A stretch of 64,000 bases of DNA from Antedon mediterranea. Taxonomy: Eukaryota > Animalia > Echinodermata. This document shows, in pieces, positions 13,747 to 27,410 of this stretch. The position numbers and the translations under genes were made by a program. The notes below the pieces were generated by a model. That model did no database searches and had not been told where the DNA came from. It saw only the letters and a list, made by a program, of their open reading frames with translations. The stretch covers positions 5,362,201 through 5,426,200 of the forward strand of contig NC_092679.1 of the NCBI RefSeq assembly GCF_964355755.1, read 5' to 3'. Within the stretch, counting starts at the first letter, position 1; every line of letters starts with the position of its first letter.

Positions 13747-14449
13747 TTAAAAAGTTTATTTGAAGCTTTACTTGTGAATTAGTGTCCAAATTGTAGCGGA
13801 AAAATGGAAGAAGAAAAAGTAACCACTAACACCTTCCAGAACGTCTCAATCGAAGGATGTGGTAAAGCGCTTATCGTCTACGTTTTTTTTTATATTTGAA
13901 TCACAAATGACTGGAAAACAATCGATAAAACTAGCGGTGAAACAATCATACTGGCAAAATGTTGAGTGAAACCGCTGAGTATAATCTCCGACATAAATGT
14001 TACGGAACACTTGATAAACGAGTATTGTCGAATGAATGAATGCGTACATTTTCAGAGGCGAATATCGTGGATGATCACGAAGGATTTAAACACTGATTCC
14101 TCCGTGAGTGGTTCCACTAGAGAGCAACCATGGTAGATTAGAAATGAATTTGATTCTTCCATATGGCTTGATCCACCAGAGAGCAATATTATGACGAATA
14201 GAGTTGTTTCCACCAGAGGTGAAGCATTGTGAGAAAACAATCTATACTACACAACAATTACAATAACTGCTTTGTCAATCCACGGAGAAATAACTTATTC
14301 CTCCATGCTATATCATTCTGCACTGGCAGAATGACTCAAAACGAAGAAGAGTTGTGTTTACTACTACGTTTAGGTGATGTGTGGACTAGTTTATACAAAC
14401 ACAACATAAATACTGTACATCTATGGGATTGCAAGGGTATCAATCAACA

Positions 14450-14645
14450 TTGGAGTGGAGTTGTGGCTTGGCTATCACTCCCAGGGTCCTGGTTTCAAAT
14501 CCCGTCACATGTCGGGATTTTTTCTAAGGACAAAATTACAACTCCACTCACAAAGACTTGTAATAAGACTTTGTTTATGTAGAGTGTCTTGTGAACCTCT
14601 GAGGGTCCCTAATAATCACCAATTGCTAGATGGATCACCCTCAAT
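14450..14645 (+). mobile_element. Degenerate tRNA-SINE-like remnant
   Basis: B-box-like GGTTTCAAATCCC at about 14491 in a GC-richer island. Weak evidence. Confidence 0.35.
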
Positions 14646-15081
14646 AAATATGGTCAAAACATACGCTTAATATACTGTGAAACCCGTAAAACAACTAAAT
14701 AATACTGTACTGCAACAAACATTATACTGCATATCAATGAATATGTTTGATACAGTGATCCTCAAACGGATCTTTTATTTTGTTCTTCAGCAATGACACT
14801 GACAATATGCATCATACCAGACATATGCCATTATGGAATAGTTTGTTAATTGTTATTTAACATTAACATGTCTGTACAAGTTAAATTGTATGGAGAAATA
14901 CTGATTTTTTTACAATTAAAAAAAAAAAAAATCAGATGATGGTATTCATAATTGAAATACCGAACATAAGTAACAAATCTGAAATATAGAGTACACAATA
15001 CCTACCCACCACTGCATCTCCAATCCACATAATTTTAGATATTGATTCATATACAAACTACTCATACAGTATTCATATGAC

Positions 15082-15312
15082 AACACCCTCCTCACCACTG
15101 TCACAAAGACCACACCCTCTTCACCAGTCACAAAGACCACACCCTCTTCACCAGTCACAAAGACCAGACCCTCTTCGCCACTGTCAGAAAGACCACACCC
15201 TCCACACCACTGCCACAAAGACCACACCCTCCTCACCACTGCCACAAAGACCACCCCCTCCTCACCACTGTCACAAAGAACACATCCTCTTCACCACTGT
15301 CACAAAGACACT
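15082..15312. repeat. Minisatellite, 27-bp unit (some 24-bp), about 8-9 copies, downstream of the CLASRP stop
   Basis: Unit CACCCTCCTCACCACTGTCACAAAGAC repeated head-to-tail. Confidence 0.9.
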
Positions 15313-15468
15313 ACATTACCTACACACATATACAATATTTAATACATAAAACTGTAAAAGAAAATGGCTATGCTATTATTAACACATATGGAAGCTCCAA
15401 TTGGCTTAAAAATGTAACCTCCCAAAATCTCCAAATCTCAATAGTTGAATAGGGAAGCTTGAAAGGGT

Positions 15469-18400
15469 TTAGCGATAATCACGATGATGATGTCGATGAT
15501 GATGTGATCGTGGTGAATGGGAACGTGATCTCGTTCGTGATCTTGAACGTCTTCTTGCTGGGGAGTTTCTGGATTCACGACGTCCTGCAACAAAAATTTA
15601 GTTCTATTTTACCAAATATGGAATTTTAGAAAACTATTTGTAACACATTTTCTGAAACCTTTCTGATATTATTAAAACTATATTATTCAAATTTGTTTTT
15701 ATTCATCTTTATTTTTCATGTTTTGTGACGAAATACATTTTAAAATAAACTTACTTCGTCTTCTTTCATAGGAATCATCAGAATCTCTTCTACTATGACC
15801 GTGGTCATCATCCCACTCTCGATCCCGTCGTTCTCGTTCAACCCTTCGCATTTGTCTTGCACGTTCTCTCAAATCATCTTCACGACTCTATAAAACAAAT
15901 TCAGAAATATTTACTTCCAGGAATTGCTCCCACTTAAATCCTGGGTTCAATCCAGACCTTGTGTCAGGGTTGAAACTCTAGGCCTCAAATGAGACATAAT
16001 TGTAAGCACATAAATTATAGTTTATCCATCTTGTAATAGACAAATTTATCGCTGTTGAAAGCATATAAAATAAAAAATTTATAAATAATGTTAAACTAAA
16101 TACTACTAAAATGGAAAAAGTATAATTTTTCTTCCAAAACTACCATGTCAATGTCATCAATAAATATTTTCCCTTCAATGGAAATAAATAATATATAAGA
16201 AATAATACAATATCATAGCAAACAAGACATTTAGCTTAGATTTAAATAAAAAAACACCTACTTACAATTTGAGCTTGGAGCTTTTCCTCTTTCTTCAACA
16301 CTTCCTTCTTTTTATCAGTTTTATCTATAAATAATAAATCAAAAACAAAACATGTTATTTCTGCTTTATTTCCTGAAACCTCTATTCAGGAAATAAGTTA
16401 AGTGTCCTTTAACCCTGCCACTTATTATGAAAAAAACAATCCAAGATGCATCATATAAATCTAGAAGTGGTAAGTGGCAGCCAATCACAGGATAGCCAGG
16501 CAGGATGTTGACAACACTTTGTGATATCATTTTTCAATGAAATCATACCAAAATCAGATAGGCCAGAATTAGAACCACTTTCAGGGCGAGAGGTCACGCC
16601 CATTCCCTACAATTTGTGATGTTTTGTAGAAATGCATATATATTACTTTAAAAACATTAAACCAGGTTGTTCCTTGTCTTAAATGTACGTTTTATGGTAA
16701 ATTATGATAAAAAGGCAGAAACAATGCACTACCTAAGTAGCTTGCGGTGAATTTCCTCTCGTGAGCTGTCTTTAGGCATAGCCTAGCTAGGCTTAGTTTT
16801 GTAGGCCCAGCTGGTAAACTAAATCAGTAACGATACGAACATCGTATGCTAGCTAAAGGCCTAGCCCGACATTGTATAGTAGCTGCATTAATTGTGTTTC
16901 TGTTTTTACATTGATTCAGAAGTGTGTTATTTTATTTTTAATCTATTTTTTTGTTTGATTTGTAAAAGCTTACGTTGTTTATTTAGTGCCCTCTGCATCA
17001 TCATCTTCATTCTATCCTTTGCCGTGAGGGGTTTCTGAAGATCAAACAAAACTATCATTTTAAACTCAATGAAAACTATAAAATGATGTCTAGCAAATGT
17101 TAAATATGTTGTGACTGACATATAAACATTTTTTTTTAAACAAAGAGTGTTATCATTGAACAATAACAAAAAGACAGGATTGAAAGGAAAACCAAGTTGT
17201 AGTATGTATTGTACTTAAAAAGTAATGTCATTTAAAGAAACTGAATTTATTAATAAAATAATCAATACTGACTTTGTCTGCAGAACCTGGTGGCAATTTT
17301 GGTTTTGGCGTTTCTCTGAAAAATCAAAATGAATATTTAGACCACAATATATGGCCATTTACAGTTTTATGGATTTAAAACGGACTACCGTATGTATACA
17401 ATATAAGCAAATTAAATATCTGAAAAAACTTGTCGAATAACTGTCAAAAGGAACTATTTGTTACTTTCATTGGGAAAAATGTGAATTGGTGTATATGTGT
17501 GTCCCTCTCCAGAAAACCTTTCCTGATTGAACCATTTAAATCCTCTATGCTACCTTTAATACATATGAGGACCACATAAAGATAACCCCAGTTATACCCT
17601 AAAGATGTCATAACAAATATTGTATACATCTTCCATTTTGGCCTAAATATTTTCCACAGATTTATACTGTGAATGTAGGAATGAAAATATAACATAAATT
17701 GACAGCCACAGAACAAATTCTAAATCAGCCTGTGAAATACTGTATATTAATTAATAAATTTAATCAGGGAATCTTTGAGAATGAGAAAAAGCTGCACCAA
17801 CAAATATTTAAATTTTTATATAAAGACAACCAAGACAGAGTAATAATCTTCTTAGTCGTATACAATTCTGTGTTCTCTACATACTTTTTAAGTTTCATAA
17901 CCTGAGTGGGTGTCACTGGTTCTAGACTCCTTGAGCGTGATCTAGAAGAAGCCGAATCTGAACTTGATGACCTCCTACGTTGGCCTGTCGCTGAGCGGTC
18001 ACGCGATCGTGATCGACTATGTCTATTATGTACTGGTGGAAGTGCTCTTGCCCTATCAAAGAAACGCTTTCCTTGAGGCCGATTATGTTCACTTGAACTA
18101 CTGCTAGAAGCCCGATGTCTATGCTGAAAATACTTTCCAACGCGTTTTGGTGAACGAGATCGAGAATGTGATCGGGAACGTGAACTAGACCTGGAGCTAG
18201 AGCGGGAGAAAGACTGAGATTTTCGTCGCTTATCACGTCGTGGTGATGAAGAAGATGAACTTGATGATGATGACCGCTGTGAATGTTTCCTACAATGTAA
18301 ATATACGACTTACAATTAATTGGATAACAAATCTATGGATAAAATAAATGTATTTTTTTGATGTATTAAATTAATTTCATTTTATAATTTTCAAACACTT

Positions 18401-21400
18401 TACACTTACAGACTTAATCTGTGAACAAAATGCAAGTCAGCCAAATATTGGGCAAGATTAGAGAAAACATAAATTGGCCAAATATTGGATAAGCTGTCAT
18501 ATGAAGACCAAATATGGAAAAATACTGTATTTTACGATAAATACCCTTAAACAGAAAATATACAAAGTCCAAAATACAATATTGTGTATACATGTACTTA
18601 CAAACTACTAAAGTTCAGTAATATATTAATATTACGATAAATTTACTCAAAAACAACAATGCCATTGGTAACAGTGCCTCCTGATAAATTAGCAAAAAGC
18701 TAAATCAAGACTTACTAAACAGCCATTGAAAATCTATCAATACAGTACTCAGCATCAATCACACAAAAATAAAATTTGACCTATGACCTGAGTAGAATAC
18801 CTATAATTTTATCATCCACCATAAACAATTTCTCATCACATCAGTATCTTGTAAAACATGAAAAAACATAGAAAACCGACCAGACTTTACTGTGTGTATC
18901 TGAATTTGATTTGTTCTTTTCCTCAATTTTGGCAGCATCTTCTTCACCCCCAAAGCTGGTAATGAACGTTACTTTGCCGGAATCTTCCGGAGTGCTTGAG
19001 CGACTACCGGAAGATGATCTCCTTCCATGACTTGGGTATGGATCGTATGTAGGACTATCTCGACGTGCATAGCTGTAAAAAAACAAACAAAAATAGAATA
19101 CGCCTGAATTAATTGAAAGTTTGATGGGTAACCTTGTAGCCAAAGTAGTATATACTGTATTTCTGTCTTTTTTAATGCACAAAACATTATAAAAAGGTAT
19201 TTGGTATGTCTAAATTACCTGGGTGGACTAGGCACTTTTTTCTCTCGAAGACGTTTTTCAATATATGCCCTCCTTTCCCTTCTTGATTTACGTCCCTGGA
19301 AAAAAAATAAAAAAATAAATTAAAACAAATCTGCACACGACAAAAGTGAATTGATTTGGCTTGTTGATGTTCATCGAACATGAACTGAAATACTGTACTG
19401 TAGAGGGGGCTACACTCGTGTATGGTCAAAATTATTAGCTGTGAATTAAGAGTAATATTCTGTACATTATGCCACAGGGGTCACTCAGAGTAACACAGAT
19501 ATTTTTATCTTCATTTATTTATATAGCATCACAAGAATAACTATCATTAATTCATTGGACAAGTTTCCTATATCCTTTTATAAATGACTAGTGAAGCTCA
19601 TTAATGTGGTCTAATGGTGGGTATAGGAAACCTGCTATTTCCTCTGTATAATTAAACTATTGTTTTATATAATACTTATATTTAGCCTATTGATAAGATG
19701 CCCTTACTGTATTACATTAATAAGTGGTAAATACCGGAGGAAAAATTTTTACTTCCTCTTGTAAGAGAAGGGATAATCACAAATGCTTTCAATTTGGGAT
19801 GAACGAAGACCTAGTTACAAACTAGGTTAAGTCAATCGATGTGTCATAGGTCGTTGCCTAGACCTAGAGAACACCAAAGCCATGTTAAAGGGCCTGTTTC
19901 TGCTGCATAAAAATAACCGGTTTAAAACGCTGTGACTAAATTCATTTTCCATTTTCTTGGGAGCAGAAACAGGACAATTCTGTGGTAACCGGTTAAAAGA
20001 CAGCGCAAAATAACCAGTTAAAAACAGAAAACCATATTATCGCTGAGCAATTTTTAGCTGCAATACGAAATAACGGTTATTTGATTGACAGCTGCTGACT
20101 TTGAGTCAACTACACTGCAGTAACGTTTGGATTAACTGCCAGGACCAAAAATTGAGCAGAAATGCAGTCGAAACAAAAATTACATTTTTGAAATAATAGG
20201 TTTATTCTGCGCTCTTCAGCAGAAACAGACCCAATGCGTTTAGTGAGTAAGCATTTTGCAACATCTCTGCATGCGTACAACGAAGTAAAAAGAAATGAAT
20301 GTGACAATCCCTGTACTGGTTTATCTTTATTTTCACTTATATATAATGTATATCACAAACAAACAAACAAACAAACAAACAAACAAACAAACAATAAGTA
20401 AAAATAAAGATGAACAAGTACAGTACATTACAGAATTGGCCATCTAGAGGTCAATCTGTTTGATGTTAGATCGTCATAACTTCTGAAGAAGCTGTCCGAT
20501 CAGGACAGCGAAACTGTCAAGGTTAGTTTATATACTAATTGTTGGTTTGAAAAAAGAACATTTCCAATAAATTATCACTACAAACCAGATGAACATTTTC
20601 AATCATATATTGTGTATGTCATTGTATTTTTATGAGAGCGCTTGTGCCTTTCATGAATTTTTTGCAAGGAACAAATAAATCTGAATCAACATGTTTCTTG
20701 CAGTGATTGGGGTCACATATTTCTAGTACCCAGGTAATTTTGGTGACAACTTACGGAATACATTGCTCTCTCTTCTTCCTCTGCTTTTGCCTTCTTTAAG
20801 TTTTCAGCTTCTTCTTTCTCTTTTTGTAATAATCTAACAACAAAATAAATGCAACATTTTAAAATGGTTAGTAGAGCAAATATAAAGAACAAGTAGCCAT
20901 TAGTAGCTATATTACCACTAAAAATTATAACTTTTCCATACAATAGCACTAATACTAAATATCATGTGATACGTAATTAACCAATCAAATGATAATACTA
21001 TGAAATCTACTTACTGAGTGAATTGCTTTGCCGCTAGGCCATATTTTTCCCCAACTTGATTTACTAAAACCACCTGTTCGGGATTAAGTTCATCTATATC
21101 TAAATTTACATTATCTGAAAATAAATTGAAATTATTTAAATTTGAAAGCTCTGGTCTCTTCCTCATTTTTTTTTCACTGAAAGGAAATAAATAAATTATA
21201 TCTATGAAAGCTATGTTTGTGTAGTACTTTTTAGTATATTAATATTTACCTATTTCCAGGTCACTAAGACTATCATCTGTGTCGTCGTCATCATCATCAG
21301 TATCATTTGCCTCTTCCACTGCGTTGCCACCTGTACTGTCTTCATAGCTAAACCCTATTGCTGCTTTCTTTGTAGTTAATAACCTTTTGAGTAAAAGAGA

Positions 21401-23607
21401 CATTATATTTATTACATTGGGGTATTTTCTACTGGTGGAGTACATTTTATATTTATTACATTGTAGTCATTTCTATGGGTTGAGTACATTTTATATTTAA
21501 AGTATTACATTGAGGTATTTTTTACTGTGACAGCAATAATTTATTTAAATATTTTATAAGCGATACTTTTCTATATTGAACAGCTGCATCTAAATTTTGC
21601 ACTTAAAAAGTCTTACTTCTTTGATTTGTCTGCTTCATGCTTATTTTGTAATTCTGGAAACATTTCATCTATATAGATTTGTTGAAGACATTGCTCTTCC
21701 GAGTCTGAAAAACAAGGCAATGATAATTTAGCTAATTTACAATAAATTATATTCCTCAAGTCTATAATCTCCTAAGCGACCTGGACCAGGTCAGATAAAA
21801 CTCAAAGTTAAACAGGTTTGTTGCAATGTACACTACAGAGTAAGGGTGTGTGGCGCAGTGTGTTGGACATTGGATTACTGATCATGAGATCGCGGTTCGA
21901 ATCCAACTCTGCCGCATTGCTTGTATCCATAGGCAAGATACTTTACTTACATTTGCCTCTCTCCATCCAGGTGTATAAATGGGTACCCGGTTGATCAAGA
22001 CACAATTTTGCTTCGATTACGTGTTTGATGCAAAAAAAAACGGGGTAATAATGTTCAGCGCTTAGAGGTTTCACAACATCAGGCGCTATATAATTCCTGG
22101 ATATTATTAATATTAAAGAAAGAAAGATCCATATTGCCACCACTATAGAGTGTATTATATTATTCAGAGCAGAGTCAATCAAATATGAACAAATACACTA
22201 TATATCCCTGCTATACTTACTTCCTTTATAGTCATTTTGTACCAACACTCTGAATCTCTCATAGTTACATTTACGTTCCTCTTTCTCCACTTCTGGTGGC
22301 AATAGTAGATGTCCTATACCGGAATATTCCGGTATTATATCAAGGTGCGCCCTCACATCGAACCTGTCAATCATGTTGGTCTTTTGTCCTTGCCAAGGCA
22401 TCCTATGTTGTAAATAATATACATAAATAAATTATACATTTATATTTGCATTCAAAGAAAAATAAAGTCAGAATCAGTATAAAAGCAATATTGCCCATTA
22501 AAATACCAGTCTGAAACGCTTTAAAAAAAAACAAAAATGCCACTTGACATTGTTGTACAGGCCAGACAAATGAAAAAATAGTTCCTAGGAGAAGTCCTTC
22601 AGCATTGGTATTAAATGTAATGTTTTTTACAGTGTATTTTTGTACATTGGATTGGGTTTTGAGCAAGTTTCATTCTTACATTGTGGCAGGACTTTCTGCT
22701 GCATGATATACGGCTGGATCAAGGTGGATTTTACATGCACGTCCATGAATTTGCAGAAACTGAGCTGGGTCAAGTTTCTGAAATGAAAAATGATTTAACC
22801 AATTCATTAACTACATACATACAGTATATCAATATTTAAATAATTTGTATTTAGGGTAGGTCTATACATTATTTAATTAATGCAATGCACTGTATGCCTA
22901 GCTAGGCCAATTACTAGAGAGAGTAGTAGGCCTCTAGGCCTACATACAAGCCTAGTTATCTTTAATGAAGTGGTACTAGTAGGCATAGGGCCTACATAGA
23001 GGGGCTTACCTCTAGACCTAGTCCTAGAAGGCTAGTAATTAAATGTCAGACAGAGATAGCAGACTATAATGGAAGTGGCTAGCTATAGAATTAGGACCTA
23101 GGTAGGCCTAGTTTAGACAAAGTTTAGGGCTAGCCTAGGCCTTACTTCCTGGGCCTAACTAGCCAGCTTAATTTAGGCCTACTTAATAGCTAGGCTAGGA
23201 AGGCTGGACTAGGCCTAGACTAGCTAGGCTGGCCCTTGGGATTAACCGGCCTAGCTAGGCCTACCTAGCTAGTAGTAGTAGGCCGAGCTAGAGGTTTGGC
23301 CTAGGCCTAGCCAAGCCAGCCTAGAGTAGTGGTAGGCCTACTCGGCCTACACTAAACAGTAGGGCCTGGCTCTAGTCTAGCTAGGCCTGGCCCTACCTAG
23401 CTAGGCCTAGCCTAGGTAGGTCTAGCTAGGCTAGTAGTAGGCCCCTACCTAGGTAGGGCTAGGCTAGAGTATTTTTTAAGTTAAAAAAACAGTTTAGGCC
23501 TAACTCACAATCGTTTCATAGTATTCTCTTCTTCTTTCCGCTCTTTTTTTAAAATCAACCATCATCCCCCGAATTTTTTTCTCTTGTTTTCTTGCTTCGT
23601 GCCACAT
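15469..23607 (-). CDS. CLASRP: CLK4-associating serine/arginine-rich protein (SWAP-like N-terminus, RS region), 15 coding exons
   Basis: N-terminus MWHEARKQEKKIRGMMVDFKKRAERRREYYETI/KLDPAQFLQIHGRACKIHLD...MPWQGQKTNMIDRFDVRAHLD, and SYARRDSPTYDPY and KVTFITSFGG, match CLASRP. Exons: 23607-23509, 22777-22680, 22402-22221, 21704-21617, 21383-21250, 21114-21015, 20833-20755, 19295-19219, 19072-18881, 18289-17885, 17315-17273, 17034-16974, 16324-16266, 15887-15755, 15584-15469. All GT-AG with matching phases. Confidence 0.93.
19890..20232. mobile_element. MITE with GGG...CCC termini (Harbinger-like) in a CLASRP intron
   Basis: GGGCCTGTTTCTGCTG ... CAGCAGAAACAGACCC inverted termini (15/16). Confidence 0.65.
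20357..20393. repeat. (AAAC)n microsatellite
   Basis: About 9 perfect AAAC units. Confidence 0.95.
21844..22115 (+). mobile_element. tRNA-derived SINE with an L2-like 3' tail
   Basis: A box TGGCGCAGTG, B box GGTTCGAATCC, central GGCAAGATACTTTAC...CCAGGTGTATAAATGGGTACC, tail AGCGCTTAGAG...GGCGCTATATAA...TATTATTA. Confidence 0.8.
22860..23503. repeat. TAGGCCTA/CTAG-rich low-complexity tract in CLASRP intron 1
   Basis: Dense irregular reiteration of TAGGCCTAG, GCTAG and TAGTAG. Similar tracts at 16775-16865, 39470-39690, 53715-53905 and 58245-58690. Confidence 0.85.
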
Positions 23608-23851
23608 TTTGATTCATTACAATAAACAATACAGTATACAAAAATTCTAGGCCTACTAACCAGAGGATTTGCATGCGCCTGCTGCAGTACTTCGATGGCC
23701 GCGGCGGTGGTAGGTGTGGACGACACGCGACGTGTTACGGTTGAATGATTTCTTTCTCTTGTAAATGAAAAGCGACTTCAAAACATCAGCGATGAAATAC
23801 GCTCGCCTTATGGTTTGAAAACCATTTTCATGATATTTCTCATCGACAAAG
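23608..23851. promoter_or_regulatory. Putative bidirectional promoter CLASRP / ninein-like
   Basis: CpG-rich island (GATGGCCGCGGCGG YY1-like; TGCATGCGC NRF1-like) between the CLASRP ATG (-) and candidate + strand 5'UTR donors (AAAG|GTACCT 23851; CACG|GTAAGT 24121). Confidence 0.6.
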
Positions 23852-25789
23852 GTACCTAGCCATTGGTATTTTATAGTTTACCGTTGCTGCTCTATCTGGG
23901 TTACAAGAAGTCAGAGATATTTACAGATAAAGAAACTTTGTAAGAACATAATTGAATTAAAATTACAGATATAGTTAGTTTTAGATTTACAGATTGATGT
24001 GGTGAGGGAAAAATTATAAGCATTAATTGACAAACAGCCTCCCAACGGTAGGTTTTATATGCCCGACTCTAGGCCATTCCAGCAGCAATTGTGTTACTGT
24101 TATAGTGTTGTTTTTCACACGGTAAGTCGGTGCTTATTGATCTGGGGTGGTGGAAGTTGTGAGTAATTGTTGAGTCACAACTTCTGTTCATTCATTCTCT
24201 TGTGTTGTTTTTGTTTATTTAAGTACAATTTGTGGGTAATAATAAAGAATTGGTTTTAGTTTTTAAGACTATAGAGACTATATATAGTATAATAAGGCCT
24301 ATTATTAGTTAGGAGGAATTATTTATATGCATTTTACTGCATTATTATAACCTTATTGATTTTGTCAGAATCTTTATTTATTCTTTCATTAGCACTATTT
24401 TGTCCGTCAATTATCTTGAGATCAATTTCATCTAGCCACGTCAATTTTTCAGAGTATATTCCTTTTGGCCAGGAATCGATGTGATGGCCAGGAATCGATG
24501 TGATGGCCAGGAAGCATCTTTTCAAGGTGCGCAATCAAATATTACGCGGTTCATGCACGGTTTAACGAAATCACGTTTGTTGTATGTAAGGCATGTACCG
24601 GTATCATAATTAAACTAAATTTGGTACTCATAAATTTCAGGTCATATTTCATCATATGGCGATACAATTGCATGTGTAGCATATATAGCACATTTGTATG
24701 TGCGCTTACAATTTTTAAAATTATCACATTTTTTTTTTCCTATAATTAGTCATATTGACGAATTAAATCTATTTAATCAGTTGATATCAATTCAGAGTAT
24801 AGTACAGTACAGTATGTATTGTTGGTCATAAAGAACTCCAAATGCATGGGACCATGGCATGGTATATAATTGATTAAAATTAATAATTAATTGAAGTTAG
24901 AGTTACTAAGAATAAGATGGAACCACTCAGAATTGACAGTACAATTTAAATTAGAAATAGAATGTTCAGATGGTCGCGTGCAACGCGACTCTATAACAGC
25001 TTACTATGTCGGTCGGTTGGTTGGTAAACACTAACTTGAGCATGCGACTGCAGCCATGTATATGGCTTTTGTTTAAATAGTGTATTATTTTGATTGGGAG
25101 TGGTTGGTTGGGCAAGCCATAGGTAATATCTCAATGGGCAAGTGCATGGATGGGCAAGTGCATGGATGAGCAAATGATAATTGTATGCAAGGTTAACCTT
25201 CAAGATTGGCATACATCTATAGAGTATTATACTGTAAAGGAGGTAACCTTCAGTTTGGTGATGTTACTCATTGTGATTTATAACCTTGTCTGCTACGTTT
25301 TATTCAACTACAGATTAACATATTACAAAACATTAAAGAATTTAATACAGATGAAACATATTGATGCTGTAACTACTTTACCTTGATGTTCAATTAGTCT
25401 TCTTTACTTGAATTACATACCCTGGTACTTAGGACTGGATTTCATTTTGTTCTTCTGATCAAACAGTACAGACATATGTCTGGGTTGTGTATGTTTCTAT
25501 ATCTAACAAATTAGTTTAAATAAAAGATTGGATTTTTTAATACTGGTATATAATAAAATGTGTGTGCTTTTAATTTAATTTTACTGTACAAGATTTAGAA
25601 ATTGGTGATACTTTGTATGTTTCCATATCTACCAAATTAGTTTATCAAAGATTGAATTTCTTAATACTGGTATGTGTGTGCTTTTAATAATTACTGTACA
25701 AGATTTCCCATAAATGTACAGAGAAATTCTGAAGTGTGCAACAAACATTAAACAAAAGAGAAAATTTAGAAATTGGTGATACTTTGACT

Positions 25790-26346
25790 TTAAAGATGTA
25801 TTGTCCCTTTGACTAATTCCAAAAAAATGTTTACAAAAATCTTTAAAAAAAAAGTGGGTAATTTTGAAGTATTATAATAGATATTAACTTTCACCAAAAA
25901 TTAGTTGAAAAAAAAATTATTTAACTGAAATACAGACGTTTTTTTGTTCAAAAAATAACTTTGACTTCCAGTCAAAGTTTTCGATCAAAACATATCTCAT
26001 AATGCAACGCGCTTGTTTGGCTACTCTGTATGCATAATCATAAAACTTTCCTCGCGATCTGTGTAAAAACACCTTCTCAACCGTGACGAGTTGTAAACAA
26101 TCCTAATTAGCATCATGCATAATGCACACTCGTGGTTTGAAATCTTTGTTTACTTTTGCTGTGACGATTTTCCAGACGAAATGTAATCAAACTAATTTAC
26201 CTGTTAATTACGTAAACTTGATGTTTTTGGCTCGAATTTTCGACTTAAAGTGAATAACTTTAATATTACTTTGATATGGCCAATTCAAATTTACAATATC
26301 TTGACTTTCATTTTTTTTTGTGTTTCAAGGTACAATACATCTTTAA
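25790..26346. mobile_element. Kolobok-type MITE with the same terminus as family A but a different interior
   Basis: TTAA-AGATGTATTGTCCCTT ... AAGGTACAATACATCT-TTAA. Confidence 0.75.
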
Positions 26347-27410
26347 ATAAATATCCAAAAAATGATGGTTCATTTCCTACACAATACATTATTTCTCTCA
26401 TTTTCCATTTGTTTTGAAAATTTGAAAATTCGTAGACTAACTAGACTGTTTTTGTTGCTAAATCAATGCTATCCTGTTAAACACATCACTCACTACAATT
26501 GAATCAATATTCACACCTAACTCCATGCTAATCAGCTTTCCTATTATTAACTCGTATATTGGACTCACCTATCCACGTTTACACCTGCCCAAATGACAGT
26601 GAGCAACAGACCTACAGTACAGTATCATCAATATAACCGTAGTACAGTATTTTTATAAGATTTATTATTTTTCCTGATTTCTTTGTGATTTTAACAGGTA
26701 AGTACTGTACTAACTGGCATTGTTTTATTTAGTTAGGGTCATACAAATCATAACATCTGAAGAGAAAGCATTGTATATACAATACCTATATTTTGATATC
26801 TCATAGGTGCTTAGATTGTACCTGTTTCCTAATTTAGATACATAGTATACGTTCTGTCTTTATTTTACTTTGATGCTAATTGTTTAACATTATGATTATT
26901 ATTCTAGACTAGATGAACTCACATTGTAGCATGTTGTTTAGTAGCAGATGAACTGATTATGTAACCTAAGCACAGACTAACTATATTGAGGTAAGTATCC
27001 ATTTATGTAGATTTTTATATAGAATAAATTGACAGTCAACAAGCTGTTGTACACATAAAGTTGCAATTGATTCTACTGAAAGGCAATCCATATAATTAGG
27101 CAGCACTATGCTTTTAATTTTGTTTTTACATTTGGCTGAACAGGTACTGTACTGTTTGTTTGCATTGTTTTTTTGTGTTTAACTTGTGTCCATTTCTCTA
27201 TGTATACAATACAGTATTTTGCTAAAAACATGTCTAATTTAAAGTAGACTAAGTTATGGAAGAAATATTGATAGTGAACTGGAGTTTTTAATGGAGACCA
27301 TAACATTTTGGTAATTCACTTATTACTGTAGGTCATCATATAATGTTATGATAAAAAATTTACCTTAAACGCTATTGTAATCAATTTTATAATAGCGGGG
27401 AAACTCCAGT

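Noticed and set aside
14946-15349. ORFs with repeated peptides (QRPHPLH / GEEGVVFVT)
   Set aside because: Products of the 24/27-bp minisatellite; no splice or start context.
17922-18236. 104-aa ORF MISDENLSL...
   Set aside because: Alternative frame of the CLASRP RS-rich exon 10.
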